The notes under the pieces are model-generated. The model worked only from the letters and a program-made list of their open reading frames with translations. It was not told where the DNA came from and made no database searches. DNA of 62,281 nucleotides, counting the filler, from Basidiobolus ranarum (lineage: Eukaryota): NCBI GenBank assembly GCA_040143965.1. It is 21 parts of 21 records of this genome, joined end to end, with 100 filler letters (N's around TTAATTAATTAA, not from the genome) between each part and the next. Parts side by side here need not be neighbours in the genome. Positions count along the whole stretch, not along the records: positions 50,552 to 53,411 come from JASJQH010009790.1; positions 53,512 to 56,369 come from JASJQH010009791.1; positions 56,470 to 59,325 come from JASJQH010009792.1; positions 59,426 to 62,281 come from JASJQH010009793.1; 17 more parts are not named here. One strand, given 5' to 3'. Shown piece by piece: positions 50,552 to 62,281 of this stretch; within the stretch, counting starts at the first letter, position 1, and each line of letters begins with the position of its first letter. A program made the translations under genes and the position numbers.

Positions 50552-53411
50552 GCTAGATTTTCATGTATCTGTTCTTATGTATGGTGTGGGACTGATTGAA
50601 ATCCCATATGAGAATTGATTGAGGGAGAGCAGCCTGTTGCTGTAGCTTAAGAACAGCATTCTGAAGGTCTTTTATCACTGTTGAGTGACTCTCTCACTGA
50701 AGACTAGTTGCCTCCAAATGCTCCATCAATTACAGTATTGTGGCATTATTGCTTGCCAAGGCCTGTATAGCAACTTGGCAATTTTTACTTGTTAATGCAT
50801 ACAAATCATTATGGTGTTCTGCCTGCAATTCCATTGTTGTAATAATTCTATCCAAATTTTCTAGGCAGGGTTGTTGAATAGTTGGCAGAGTAGCCATTTT
50901 AGAAGTTGAAGGTCTTGAGAGTGTTTCTGTTTCACTTTGTTCAACTATTGATTCCTATGTAATTGGGGGATTACAATCTCTTCACTTGAACTATTGCTAG
51001 AAAGGAACACATCTGGAAATTGTTCAATGCTTCATCATTACATGTGTGAGTTTCTGGCATGTTAATGCCTTCCAAAGTAGATAGTGATCACTACACTGCT
51101 CATCAATAAAGTCCTCTATTCTTGCTGGTTTTTTCCTTTTGTGACAGCAGGCTTTTGCTTGGCAGCCAATTTTGAGTTTGATATTGAATGCTTTTTGATG
51201 CCATTGAAATTTTCAGATAGTAAACTTGGTGTAGTGAAATTGCTTAGAAACAGCTTATAATAAACTAAAATTGTCATCCATTACCAGAAATATCTTGTAA
51301 ATCCCCTGATGACTCATCTGCAACATCATCTCAGAATCAGCTGATGATCTTGATGGGATATATCTAAAATACCACCCTTAAATAAGAAGTGTTCTTTTTT
51401 CTACAATAACCTTCTCATGCCACAACACAAACATTTCAAGAAGCCCTGCCATTAATGTCACAAATTCTTGTGCTATGAAAGCTGGAGGCTTCATAGAAAA
51501 AATAGTCACAAGTGTGGACCCTGCACAATGCCATCAGCTACACAAAGCCAGGTGAATATCAACAGTAACAAGTACACAAAATTCACTTTGGTTTTGCCCA
51601 CTGAGTCCACTAGCTGTGCTTTGCCTCAAAGTTTGGTAACACTGCTATAAGTCAAGACACTGTGGAGATAATACAGGTATATGACCAGAATGATATAGGT
51701 AGAAATGCTACTTGAGTCATATCAGTAAGTCCAGACAACTTTGAGGAAATGCTGCTAGATGTTGACCTTTGTTATTTCAGTACTGATGGTAGTATATCAG
51801 AGCTGAAGAAGAAGCAGATAGTTTTGTTACAGACTCTTTGTTATTGGCAAGCATTAGTCCACTCATAACACTTAAAGTAATGGAAGCAGCTTTGATTATT
51901 GTGAAGTGGAGAGTTCAATCCAATCTTAGTAACCAGGTGTTTATTGGTTTTCTTACACTTTTACCATAGTTGATTGGCAACTGTTGCTTGCCACAGACCT
52001 GGTACAAACAGAAAACACTTCTCAATCATATGACTTATGATTCTTCAGTAATTAACTACCTTCAAGTCCAAGTGGTTGTTTGGCTTTCACCAGTGATCTG
52101 AAAAGCCTGAAGTCATGTACTGTTTGCACACAATTGGCAATCACTGAAACAGGTAAATATTGTTCAAATTCAGCTTACCTACCATTGATTTTCTGTCTTA
52201 AACCTTTGATGAAATCACCCAAACATAGATCATTGATATAATACCAAAGTACCCACCATGAAGCTGATGGTATTACCAATTGTTGTGTCCAAGAGAAAAG
52301 TTGATAAAAAGTCTTGAACTTTACCAAACAAAAGAAACAATTAAGTGCACAATCTGAGAACTGTTTAAGCCGGATATATCTGCAGAGCAGATCTAACTAA
52401 TATATATCTTTGGAATAGTAGTGGGTTGCTATGTTATGGTAGAGAGTAGGTTTGCTAGGCAGCTAGGCTTGGTGTTCTGTAGATGCTAGTGCATACTGGG
52501 CTTGGATAGAAATGAGAGGGAAATATTGAAGTTGTCAAGAAACACTAACAAGTGTTGAGATCCTATATTTGTTGAGACACACACTAAACCAAAAGGTTCA
52601 ATTTGCTTTATTTATACTTTTGATAGCAAAGGGAATTAGTCAGCACCAAGATATTAGATGACTAATTATGACAAAAGAAAATGTGATTGCATAGATAGAT
52701 TGATAGATAAGTGAGTCATGCATCAGCTGAAGTCTTGGCAGTGAAAGATCATTGGTTATGAATCTTGTGACTCATATTGACTTGCGTCTAGGCAGCTGAC
52801 TCAGCAGTTAATACTGATTGGATAATGATCAAGCAATTGGTCATATAATCTGATAGAAGCGATAAAAAAATGGATAGTTAGTCATATGATAAGTCTCATG
52901 ATAAAGTCACTGGATGAGGTCAAGTGACTAATTAGTGATCATGATAAACTAAACATATATTCAAGCAAGTTGTTTATTTATGGTGTAAGTTAAACAACTT
53001 TGTATGTTGGTGCACAACACTAATATACTTGATGGATATCACTACCAGAATCTGAAAAGTCAAGGTTTCTTTGACAATGTGTATCATCATTCATTGGCAT
53101 TGGCTCTGGAAGGTTTCTCACCCAACTAATATACTGTGGGAAAGGCTTGCTAGCCAATAATTTTAATCAACTTAAATCTTCCTCCTTCTGAACAGTATAA
53201 GAGTCATAATATTTTTATACTATCCATCATATTGGGACCTTAATCACTGGTGCTTATAGATAGCTTCTTTGAGTCTTGGATTGTGGAATTTGCACAGCTA
53301 TCTAATGGGGTTCAGATGGGTGAATATTTTATCAAAGTTAATATCATTGAATGTATTGGTGACATTCCTGCCATCAGTAAACTTGGAGGTTTTTGCAGGT
53401 ACAATGCACTA
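50552..53411 (+). mobile_element. CACTA central region: ORF2 5' half (minus), spacer, transposase (plus, ATG 51417), interrupted by a solo LTR
   Basis: Contiguous sequence links ORF2 homology to Tnp2 homology (DSFFE...CIGDIPAISKLGGF). Confidence 0.82.
52281..53019. repeat. Solo LTR family E (739 bp) with 5-bp TSD
   Basis: Ends tgttgtg...cacaaca; flanks ccaat/ctaat; empty site attaccaatatacttg at ~33430. Confidence 0.88.
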
Positions 53412-53512
53412 NNNNNNNNNNNNNNNNNNNNNNNNNNNNNNNNNNNNNNNNNNNNTTAATTAATTAANNNNNNNNNNNNNNNNNNNNNNNNNNNNNNNNN
53501 NNNNNNNNNNNA

Positions 53513-53974
53513 TATGAGGAAGATGAACAGGAGAAGGAGTATGAGAGAGGGGTGACTGGGAGACATGGCCAGCGAAACTACCCTCGGGCTCGTTATGGTC
53601 GCCAATATGAGGAAGATGAACAGGAGAACGAATATGAGAGAGGCTTGACTGGTAGACGTGGCCAACAAAACTACCCTCGTGCTCGTTATGGTCGCCAATA
53701 TGAGGAAGATGAACAAGAGAATGAATATGAGAGAGGCTTGACTGGTAGACGTGGCCAACAAAACTACCCTCGCGCTCGTTATGGTCGCCAATATGAGGAA
53801 GATGAACAGGAGAACGAATATGAGAGAGGTTTGGCCGGCAGACGTGGCCAACAAAACTATCCTCGTGCTCGTTATGGCCATCAATACGAGGAAGATGAAC
53901 TAGATCACGAATATGAGAGAGGCTTGACTGGTAGACGTGACCAACAGAACTACCCTCACTCTCGTCAACATTAA
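53513..53974 (+). CDS. Tandem-repeat protein, ~5 x 31-aa (93-bp) units, 5' end cut
   Basis: Unit EEDEQENEYERGLTGRRGQQNYPRARYGRQY; differences between units are often at third codon positions; CpG retained. Confidence 0.8.
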   Translation, partial: YEEDEQEKEYERGVTGRHGQRNYPRARYGRQYEEDEQENEYERGLTGRRGQQNYPRARYGRQYEEDEQENEYERGLTGRRGQQNYPRARYGRQYEEDEQENEYERGLAGRRGQQNYPRARYGHQYEEDELDHEYERGLTGRRDQQNYPHSRQH

Positions 53975-54109
53975 CAAATTAAAAATTTGATAACCTAGGC
54001 TTTTAAAATAAATATCGATGTTGTTTAACTCCTCAACTATGGTATAAGATTAAGCCAGAAATTTAGTGATTACCAATACACTTCAAAGTTTGTATATTCT
54101 ACTCATTTG

Positions 54110-54190
54110 GAAAAGAGTGGTGGTCGTGAAAAGAGTGGTGGTCGTGAAAAGAGTGGTGGTCGTGAAAAGAGTGGTAGTCGTGAAAACAGT
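54110..54190. repeat. 18-bp minisatellite (gaaaagagtggtggtcgt) x4.5
   Basis: Read directly. Confidence 0.95.
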
Positions 54191-55907
54191 ACGATGATAT
54201 ATATTTAAAGTGCGAAAGATCAAAGGTAAAATTTAGTCATTATTTATAATCGTGAATAAGTGCAATGATCCATAATTCAATCCGACTAAAAGGTTGTTTC
54301 TTTAACTGGCCCTAAGTAGTTCACTTACAGGGGCTGCCCTAAAGTTTGTCACTTAAATGTCTTTTACCTATTACTGAATCTGCACGTTGTTTGTCCACCA
54401 CCACTTATATGTTGAAAGTTGACATTTATAGTTTTGTCAAGAGGTAAAAAAACCAGCATGTAGAATGTGTTAAGGAAGGTTCCAGGAATATATAATATTA
54501 ATGTCCAGTGGACATTACGCTAAAAGATAATACGAACAAATGCCTATGAATATGACTGAGATGAAAGATCCATCGTAGGTTGAAGTACTGGATGTTTGAG
54601 CAGAAAATATGTTGCATTCTCTTTTCTTCAATGAAGCTTGACTAATTCTAATAGCTGAAATAAGAAAAAAATCAGTTAATTTCAGCTGAATTACTGATAA
54701 TATTAAGTATCCTGCACCAGGAATCCAATTTTTGTTTCTCCGTACCAGAAATAAGAATCAATTGTGAATAGATGAATAAAACCAAGATTTAAATGTAGTT
54801 TAATGGGAGTGCGTTTCAACTGACAGTTTGTCATTTTCCATGTATTGCCGAGATACATGCGGAACACATTCCAATTTCTACTTTCCAAATAATAATTCCA
54901 TCAACAATAAATATGAATATTTTAACTCGATATATTGTGTACATACTTAAATGAGGATATTGTTTTTGTGCAGTGCCACTTTCACTTTTCCTGATATACT
55001 GCGAAGTGTGCATTATGATGCTGGAAGATACCTCAAGAATGGGAATGTACAAATTCTAGACTGATCACCAATTTGGAAGTAAGCAAGCAAAGGTAAATAC
55101 GATAGTCCCAGGTGAAGACCTTTTACGACTTTCACATGTTATCTAATTGATGGAATATTTTGTAATCTTGCTAGATTCAATACAAAGCGGATTTCAATAG
55201 TATCAGTCATCTACACCATGTCCTGGCTTTAACTAGCCTACCCTTCTATAGAAAACTCGGCTAATATAACCCCAGCATTTACCATAAAGCTCCGAATCCA
55301 CAAAACTCGGCAAGTGTTATTAACCATATTAAGCTTTACAAGCTATCCTTGAGAGCAGCAGCCATATCTCCTATATTACACTACCCTGACTTTAACAATC
55401 CTACCCTTGTGCAGACAGATCGGTAAATATATTCACCAGGAACCCCCAACCCCAACCCCGATCCAGAAATTCGGCCATGATTATTAACTAGATTGAATCG
55501 GGAAATTCGGAATAGTTGCTAACTTGATTAAGTTGTCTCACCGAGTAATATGTGCTATACACTTGATCTATCGGGATCGAGACTGTCCAGATACTGCAAG
55601 ATCTATGTGATGAAAATCGATCGATCTGATACGTAGTGTTACCGCCACTCTTAGAATGGATTCTTATTGGATTCTTGCAGAATTGATTTTGCTGTTAAGG
55701 TATTTTTTATCACTGAAAAATAATTCCGTGAAGGCATTGTTTCTCAGTCAAGTCCCGGTTTAGAAATGGCTTTCAAAGTAGCCACATTACTTGGCCTAGA
55801 GCTGAAATCTATTTGAGTGTGGTAGTGGATTCTCGCAAGCCTCAGTTGTCATTAACATATATATACCCCGAATAAGTCGTTTTATCCCTCATACTCTACC
55901 CAGCAAA

Positions 55908-56369
55908 ATGCGTTATACAACTCTCATCGGAGGTATCATTGCTTTCGTAGCAATTGATGTTCAAGCTGCTCCTGTCCTGAATAAGTCTAAAAATGCCCCA
56001 AGAAACACTACCATTCCTCCAATGCCAAAAGGATGGATGAATGATGAGTTCGGAGTAACTTCTGATGTTGCAACTGCGTTTGCTGATGCTTTGACCACTT
56101 TATTTGTGAACTATCAAAATAAAGACCCTAATGCCAACAATGTAGGTCTCACTTACTGGGTTCACCGTAACGGAATGGACGGAGGAAATATGTATCTAGG
56201 GCTTCAATTAAGCAATCCAGAGGATGGATATCCATATCTTGGATCCATTATGCCGGGTAATTGCGACACCGAATGTACTTATGGAAGTAAAGGAAGTGGA
56301 AAATATAGTGCTCCCCTTGTTAGTCCTGGATATGCTTACTATACTGAAATAGGATTGTATGACGGTATA
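55908..56369 (+). CDS. Predicted secreted protein of unknown function, 3' end cut
   Basis: aaaATG context, TATA-like tract at ~55857, signal-like MRYTTLIGGIIAFVAIDVQA/AP, open to contig end. Confidence 0.75.
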
Positions 56370-56469
56370 NNNNNNNNNNNNNNNNNNNNNNNNNNNNNNN
56401 NNNNNNNNNNNNNTTAATTAATTAANNNNNNNNNNNNNNNNNNNNNNNNNNNNNNNNNNNNNNNNNNNN

Positions 56470-59325
56470 TTTTTGCAAGCAAATGGGAATTGGGGTAGGA
56501 TAGGCCTATTCATGAGACATCTCAAAAATGTATGCAATTGTCAACTTGGAAAAGAAAGAAAAGCAGCTAAAGAAGTACTAATGGAGCAGGAAGTTAGTAA
56601 ACCCAAGAGAAAAGCAATGGAACCAGTGAGTTCAGGCTCTACTCTCCCACTTATCAAATTCTTCATATCATTGCAAAGATCTGCATTTCTAGAGTCAGAA
56701 ATACTGGCAAAAAAGCTTCATTTTGCCATGGAACCAGATACATCAGTTGGAAGAGTGCTAAATTTGGAAGTTTATCCAACGCCTGGCACCTCTCATCAAG
56801 CTAATACACTAGCAAATAAAACTTATGGCTTTCAACCTCAACTAGTACTTTTCAAAGTGTTGAAATTAGCCCCAAAGGTAAGGTAAGCGAAAGCCACACA
56901 AACACCACAAAGCACCCTGAGTAGTGTCACACTAAAAGGATGTATAAAAATGGTCAAAGTGCTTGAGGAGTATTTTCAAAAGTATGAAGGGAAAAATGCA
57001 GTGCAAGTATGAAGAAAGTGGCTTCAGAAGAAGAACATTCAACTTGACATGCAGTATGATGTTGACCATGCAGATATCTGGGAAGAACTACATGCAGAGT
57101 GGCACAACATGGCATGGTATTGGCCAGATAGCTGGAAGAATGTTGATTCAGCAACATTAAAACAATGGTGGGCTTTGATGGAGATATTGATACAGATTTG
57201 TGTTGAGTATGAGCTAAATCTTGGGTCTGAAGAACTCTATAAACATATTAAGGAGAATATATCAAAGAAACCAGGAATTTGGAAGGTGACAAATTAGCAT
57301 TCAAGTGATAATTGTGTACAATTTGAGTTACATTTTTTGCACATCTGTTGATCCATAATTTGCTGAGATTGTAGCCAATTATGTGCAACTATTTTTTGAG
57401 ATCCTGAACTTTTGCTCCTCAAACTGAAAAAATTGATTAAAATCAAATCTAACTTGATGATTTTATGATGGTAAGTAAACAGTCAACCCCAAATGGATTA
57501 GAATTGTGATGGTTTTCCTAAAATAACAATCCTCAAATTTCTGTTAGGGCTATGTAAGGGTGGTATCTCAGGCATAGCCAACAACATCATTAGCTGATTT
57601 TGAGATGGTGTCACCATTGAGTCATCAGGAGATTTGCAAGATATTTCTGAGAAGGGATTGCAATTTTGAGTATTTCAAGCAGTTTCTGAGCAATTTCACT
57701 ACACTAAGTTTCCATCTGAAAATTTGGATGCCATTCCAAGCCATTCAAAATCATAATCAAAATGGGCTTCCAAGCAAAAGACTGTTGGCACATGAGAAAA
57801 AAGCCAGCAAGAACAGATGACTTCAATGATGAGCAGTCTCGTGATCCACTACTCACTTTGGAAGGCAATAAGTTTCTGGAAACTAACTCAAGTAATGCTG
57901 AACCATTAATCAATCTACCTGATGTTTTCTTCTCTGGCAATAGTGCATGTGAAGAGATTGTAATACCCCAATTACATAGTAAAGCAATAGTTGAGCAAAG
58001 TTCAACAGATATACCAGCAAGACAATCAACTTCCAAAACAGCTAGTTTGTCATCTATTGAACAGCCCTCTTTAGATAATTTGGATAGAATTCTTTCAACA
58101 GGGGAATTGCAGGCAGAACACTGATATGATTTGTACGTATTCATAAGTAAAAATTACAAAGTTGCTATACAGGCCATGACAAGCAATACCACCACAATAT
58201 TGCAATTAATGCAGCATTTGGAAGCAACTAGTCAACAGTTACAGAGTCACTCAACAATATTACAAGACCTTCAGAATGAGATACTTGAGCTACAGCAACA
58301 TGCTGCACCCTCTATCCATTCACAAACAGAATTTTGATCAATCCTGCACCATACATAAGTATGTCACCATGACAATCTGCCAGAGCAGAATATGTGTTGG
58401 ACCATAAAGCCTACTCAACAACCTAAAATGTTTGGGCATATGAAAGTAAAAATCTCATAGTAAAACTGACAAACATAAAGACTCCAAATGTCAGAGCTGC
58501 CATCACTTGCTCTGATGATGGGTGTGTTAACATTTTGGAAACAGTGCAGAATCTTGCCCAAAACCACCTTGATTTGAGCCAATTGTGGAAAAACCAAAAA
58601 CCAGGCATTACTCTGAAGGTTCTTGACATATTGCATGTGGCTTATCTGGGTTTGTGCAAGCAAATGGCAATTGGGCTAGTATAGGCCTAATCATGAATCA
58701 TCTCATAATGTATGCAGTTATTAACTAGGAAAACAAAGGAAAGCAGCTAAAGAAGTACTCAAGGAGCAGGAAATTTGTAAACCTAAGGGAAAAGCAAAGG
58801 AGCCACTGAGTCTAGGTTCTACTGTCCCACTAACCCAATTCTTCACACCATTACAAAGATCTGCATTTACAAAGTCAGATATACTGGCAAAAAAGCTTCA
58901 TTTCACCATGGAACCATGTACATTAGTTGAAAGAGTGCTAAATTCAGAAGTTTATCCAACACCTTGCACCTCTCAACAAGCCAAAGCACCAGCAAATAAA
59001 ACTCACTGCTGTTCAACCACAGCTGGTACTTTTCATTGTGTTGAAATTAGCACCAAAGTTAAAGGCAAGATAAAAGCCACACAAACACTGCAAAGCACCC
59101 TCAGTAATGTCTCACTACAAGGAGGTATAAGAATAGTCAAAGTGCTTGTGGAGTATTTTCAAAGTATGAAGGGAAAACGCAGTGCAAGTATGCAGAGAGT
59201 GGATTCAGAAGAAAATTCAACTTGACATTCAGTCTGGTGTTGACTGTGGTGATATCTGGGAAGAACTTAATACAGAGTGGCACAATATTGCAGGGTATCT
59301 GCCAGATAGCTGGAAGAATGTTGAT
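56470..59325 (+). mobile_element. Two CACTA ORF2 copies: 3' half plus left terminus ending tgttaggg at 57549, then a near-complete decayed ORF2 from ~57728
   Basis: Collinear with 17880-19568. Confidence 0.8.
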
Positions 59326-59605
59326 NNNNNNNNNNNNNNNNNNNNNNNNNNNNNNNNNNNNNNNNNNNNTTAATTAATTAANNNNNNNNNNNNNNNNNNN
59401 NNNNNNNNNNNNNNNNNNNNNNNNNACCTGTCAGGTCCCCAAGATCTTAATTTGGCATTACTACATTGGGTAATGTCGTATGGGCTGGCACAATATCTCC
59501 AATAAAATCATCATGTCTGATTGTGGTGGGATAGTGCCATATTGTTCATTATTGTGTCTGATCAAGTGTTATAGGACCAAGCCATGGTAATTGGCAGATT
59601 GCACT

Positions 59606-60715
59606 ATAGTTGTTTTAGGGTATAAGCAGCAACTATAACTGCAATGTCTTAAGGGCTTTGTAAGGCATGCAAAGGGTTCAATAACCATGGTTGAATAATT
59701 TTGGAATGTATGGTAATATGGTTATGTCTCTTGCCTCTTGGGTCTTTATGAAAGGGACTCAAGCTTCTACAAATGTCTAAGAACTGATACACCACAATCC
59801 AATGTCCAGCTTTCTGTTAAATAATATGCTGGCATCTGACAAAAGAATACACTGGCATCAATATCCTTTGAGAATGATCAGATAATAAGGGTACATCCAA
59901 TCAAAAACAACTGTAAACTCAGTCAGCAGGGTCTTCAACAAGGAAGTCCCAGTAGTGAATTATCCAAGGATATGAAAAGTTCTTTGCCTATGCAGACAAA
60001 GCTAGGGAAAAAAAAGCAGAAGTATCAAAATATTGCACCTACCTGTCAGTAGTTCCTTTGAGCTGGTCAAGACCTTTCTAGTCACACAGTAGCCTGCAAC
60101 TGTCTCTAGTAGTCTCTCTTGACCTTCCTCTTCAAAGGTCTCAAAAGTGGTGATGAAAATAAGTGGTGATCACATATAGTAATTTATAGCTGAATACCAG
60201 GATGATTTTTATGTGAAAAGGCATGGCTCCTATTTATACTTTTCTGATGGTAGGTATGATTATTATTGAGAATTTCCGGAAAGTCCCAGAGAATTCTATT
60301 TGTGGGGATCTGTGTTTATGCTATCATCACAAATCACAAGATTAGTAATCCATGGAATGTTCCTGAAGGTTGTAGAATAATCCAAAAAGTCAAGGAATAT
60401 TCTGGCAAAATCAAATTTTCATTAGTAAAAATTTAATCAATCAACAAATATTTCAAGAATCTTGCAGAATGTGCTGGAAGATTGTAGAATTTTCCAGAAA
60501 ATAATATGGCTAATGTAGGTTAATACTGATAATTTGCAAATAATTGGGAATAATACTAATGGTGTGATATGATTGGCTAGAATGTATGGATAAGTGAAGT
60601 ATGGATAACAAAATAGAAATTGTGCAATACCTATAATATGAGCTTGGAGTGGAAATAAGTAAACCTACAGTACCAGATGGTGTGATAGCAGGCAGGATCA
60701 AGCAGCACAATCTGA
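59606..60715 (-). repeat. Gypsy LTR family D, diverged copy
   Basis: Reverse-complement similarity to 42800-43868. Confidence 0.7.
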
Positions 60716-60759
60716 ACTGGTCCTATACAACAAGTCTATCACATGATGAAATTTTGATC

Positions 60760-61700
60760 CACATATTTATCATGCATTATTTAATCTCCAACAATTATTG
60801 GAAAAACCAACTTTCAAATGGCAAAATATTAGGTTTGCTGTCATAGGAATTCAAATTTCTATGCATTCCTTTATTTAGATATATTAGGGTTTGTATTCCA
60901 GCAACAATGATAGTCAAAACGTTCTAGAAATCTTGTTGTGCTTTGTCTCTACATATTTACATACTTGAATGCTCAGATATTACTCAATAACATCTGTATG
61001 CTTGACCAACAAACTATTGATAGAAAATTGCTAAACATCTGAAGTTTTGTATAGCATATATTCTTGGCAAATAGCTGCCTCCTGTTGCCATTGACAAAGA
61101 GAATGAGCTGTTGGATTTTGACAAATTTCTGTAAAAAATCCAGGCCAAATATCCCTTACTTGCTGACAACAAATGTGCTGCAACAAGTAGATGCATCTTT
61201 AGCTGAATAGAATGCTACATGGCTAAAACAACAAACCTGTATATCTTAATCTCACTCACCAAGAAGTCTGGCTTACAGCTTTCCTAAAAATACCATCAGA
61301 TTATCATATAAACAAAATAGTCCAAATCATTGATGTACCCACTCTGTGCCCATAGAATGGGTTTTGTTGCTGTTATTGAGCTTGAACAATACAAAAACCC
61401 ATGGGTGCATTAAAAAGCACCTTGTGTTGGGAGGTTAATAGACTCAGGAGTATCCTTAACCCCTTTCATTACTTACTTCACTGATTTTCCTGATATATTA
61501 TCAAAAAGATTAGCATATGGTACTACAGACAATTGTACAAGGAGGATCAATTCATTGCAGGTATGCTGCATTGGGAACTTCCACAACGTAAGGCAAGGGC
61601 TTATAATCTTGAAGCATTGCAAAAGAGGCAGCAGCAAAGGTATTTGATTCAGTCTATCTTCTTTGGACCTATAATGAACTTTTTCATATCTTATCACATA
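60760..61700 (-). mobile_element. Diverged CACTA transposase 3' end and right subterminal region
   Basis: LWKFPMQHTCNELILLVQLSVVPYANLFDNIS is homologous to 10187-10378. Confidence 0.65.
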
Positions 61701-62056
61701 ATCTTTGTTGAAATTAGGAAATTAGCAACTCACTGTTTAGTAGTTAGTTTACTCATATTCTGATTATATGGTACTCAATTCTTCCATTCCAAAATGTGTG
61801 TTTATTGCTTGAATTGATAGAAATATCAATTAGATCACCTTTACCACTTTTCACTATTTTCTCAAAACTTCTCCAAATCATCTCCAATTTTCACCCATGC
61901 TTAACAGGCATGTTTTTTGTGATCTAAGCATGTCCACTAGTCCTATTACATGGTAAACTATAAATAGGACATATTCAATTTAACAAAACTTAAGTGCCTA
62001 ATTCCCAATTCCAAATCTTGTCCAAAAGCTTCCAAATCCCTTAAACACTTTTATCA

Positions 62057-62281
62057 GGTGATGAGTCCAAGGCTAGCTGCTAAAGGAATGTCTACCAGTA
62101 CTGTTACCAATGTTGATGCATCCATAGAGATGCTTGATGGTGAAGACTTTCGCCTTTGGTAGTGCAAGAATCAAATGGTGCTAGAAGACTGGGACCATTG
62201 GGGATATGTTATAGGAGAAGAAATAGAGCCAAAGGGACCACCAGAAGCTAACCTTGCCTTTCACAAGAAGCAGAGGAAAGC
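62057..62281 (+). mobile_element. Copia PBS (ggtgatgagtcc) and gag start (ATG 62088), decayed
   Basis: Follows ...ttatca; IEMLDGEDFRLW*...WGYVIGEE. Confidence 0.7.

Noticed and set aside
53456..53884. Hydrophobic repeat ORF on the minus strand
   Set aside because: Antisense of the repeat protein; synonymous-position variation favours the plus frame.
53513..54190. CRISPR-like array
   Set aside because: The repeats are contiguous with no unique spacers, there are no cas genes, and the context is eukaryotic.
14903..56369. Gene cluster or operon made of the host genes
   Set aside because: The genes lie on separate contigs; their order is arbitrary.
2883..59425. Regularly spaced TTAATTAATTAA motif that looks like an array
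   Set aside because: It is an artificial linker inside N runs joining length-sorted contigs.

Overview
This is not one locus. The window is 21 unrelated short contigs (2882 down to 2856 bp, sorted by decreasing length) joined by 100-nt N44-TTAATTAATTAA-N44 spacers, so adjacency across spacers has no biological meaning. The DNA is eukaryotic and fungal-like, with short GT-AG introns; an early-diverging fungus is my inference. About seven contigs carry host genes, nearly all cut by contig ends: a pRiA4b ORF-3-like gene divergent from an ENA-type P-type ATPase, two tandem GH20 hexosaminidases, an UNC93-like transporter, a Gly/Asn-rich protein, a degenerate tRNA-Pro, cytosolic Hsp70, a C2H2 zinc finger, a Pex24/DysF peroxin, a PhyH dioxygenase, a 31-aa tandem-repeat protein and an unknown secreted protein. 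The rest is nested, CpG-depleted, decayed transposon DNA: Ty1/copia elements with a tRNAi-Met half-molecule-type PBS, a Ty3/gypsy remnant, five LTR families and an abundant CMC/CACTA-type DNA transposon. That transposon can be rebuilt from fragments. It has CCCTAACA termini and a Tnp2 transposase arranged head-to-head with an uncharacterised ~590-aa second ORF.
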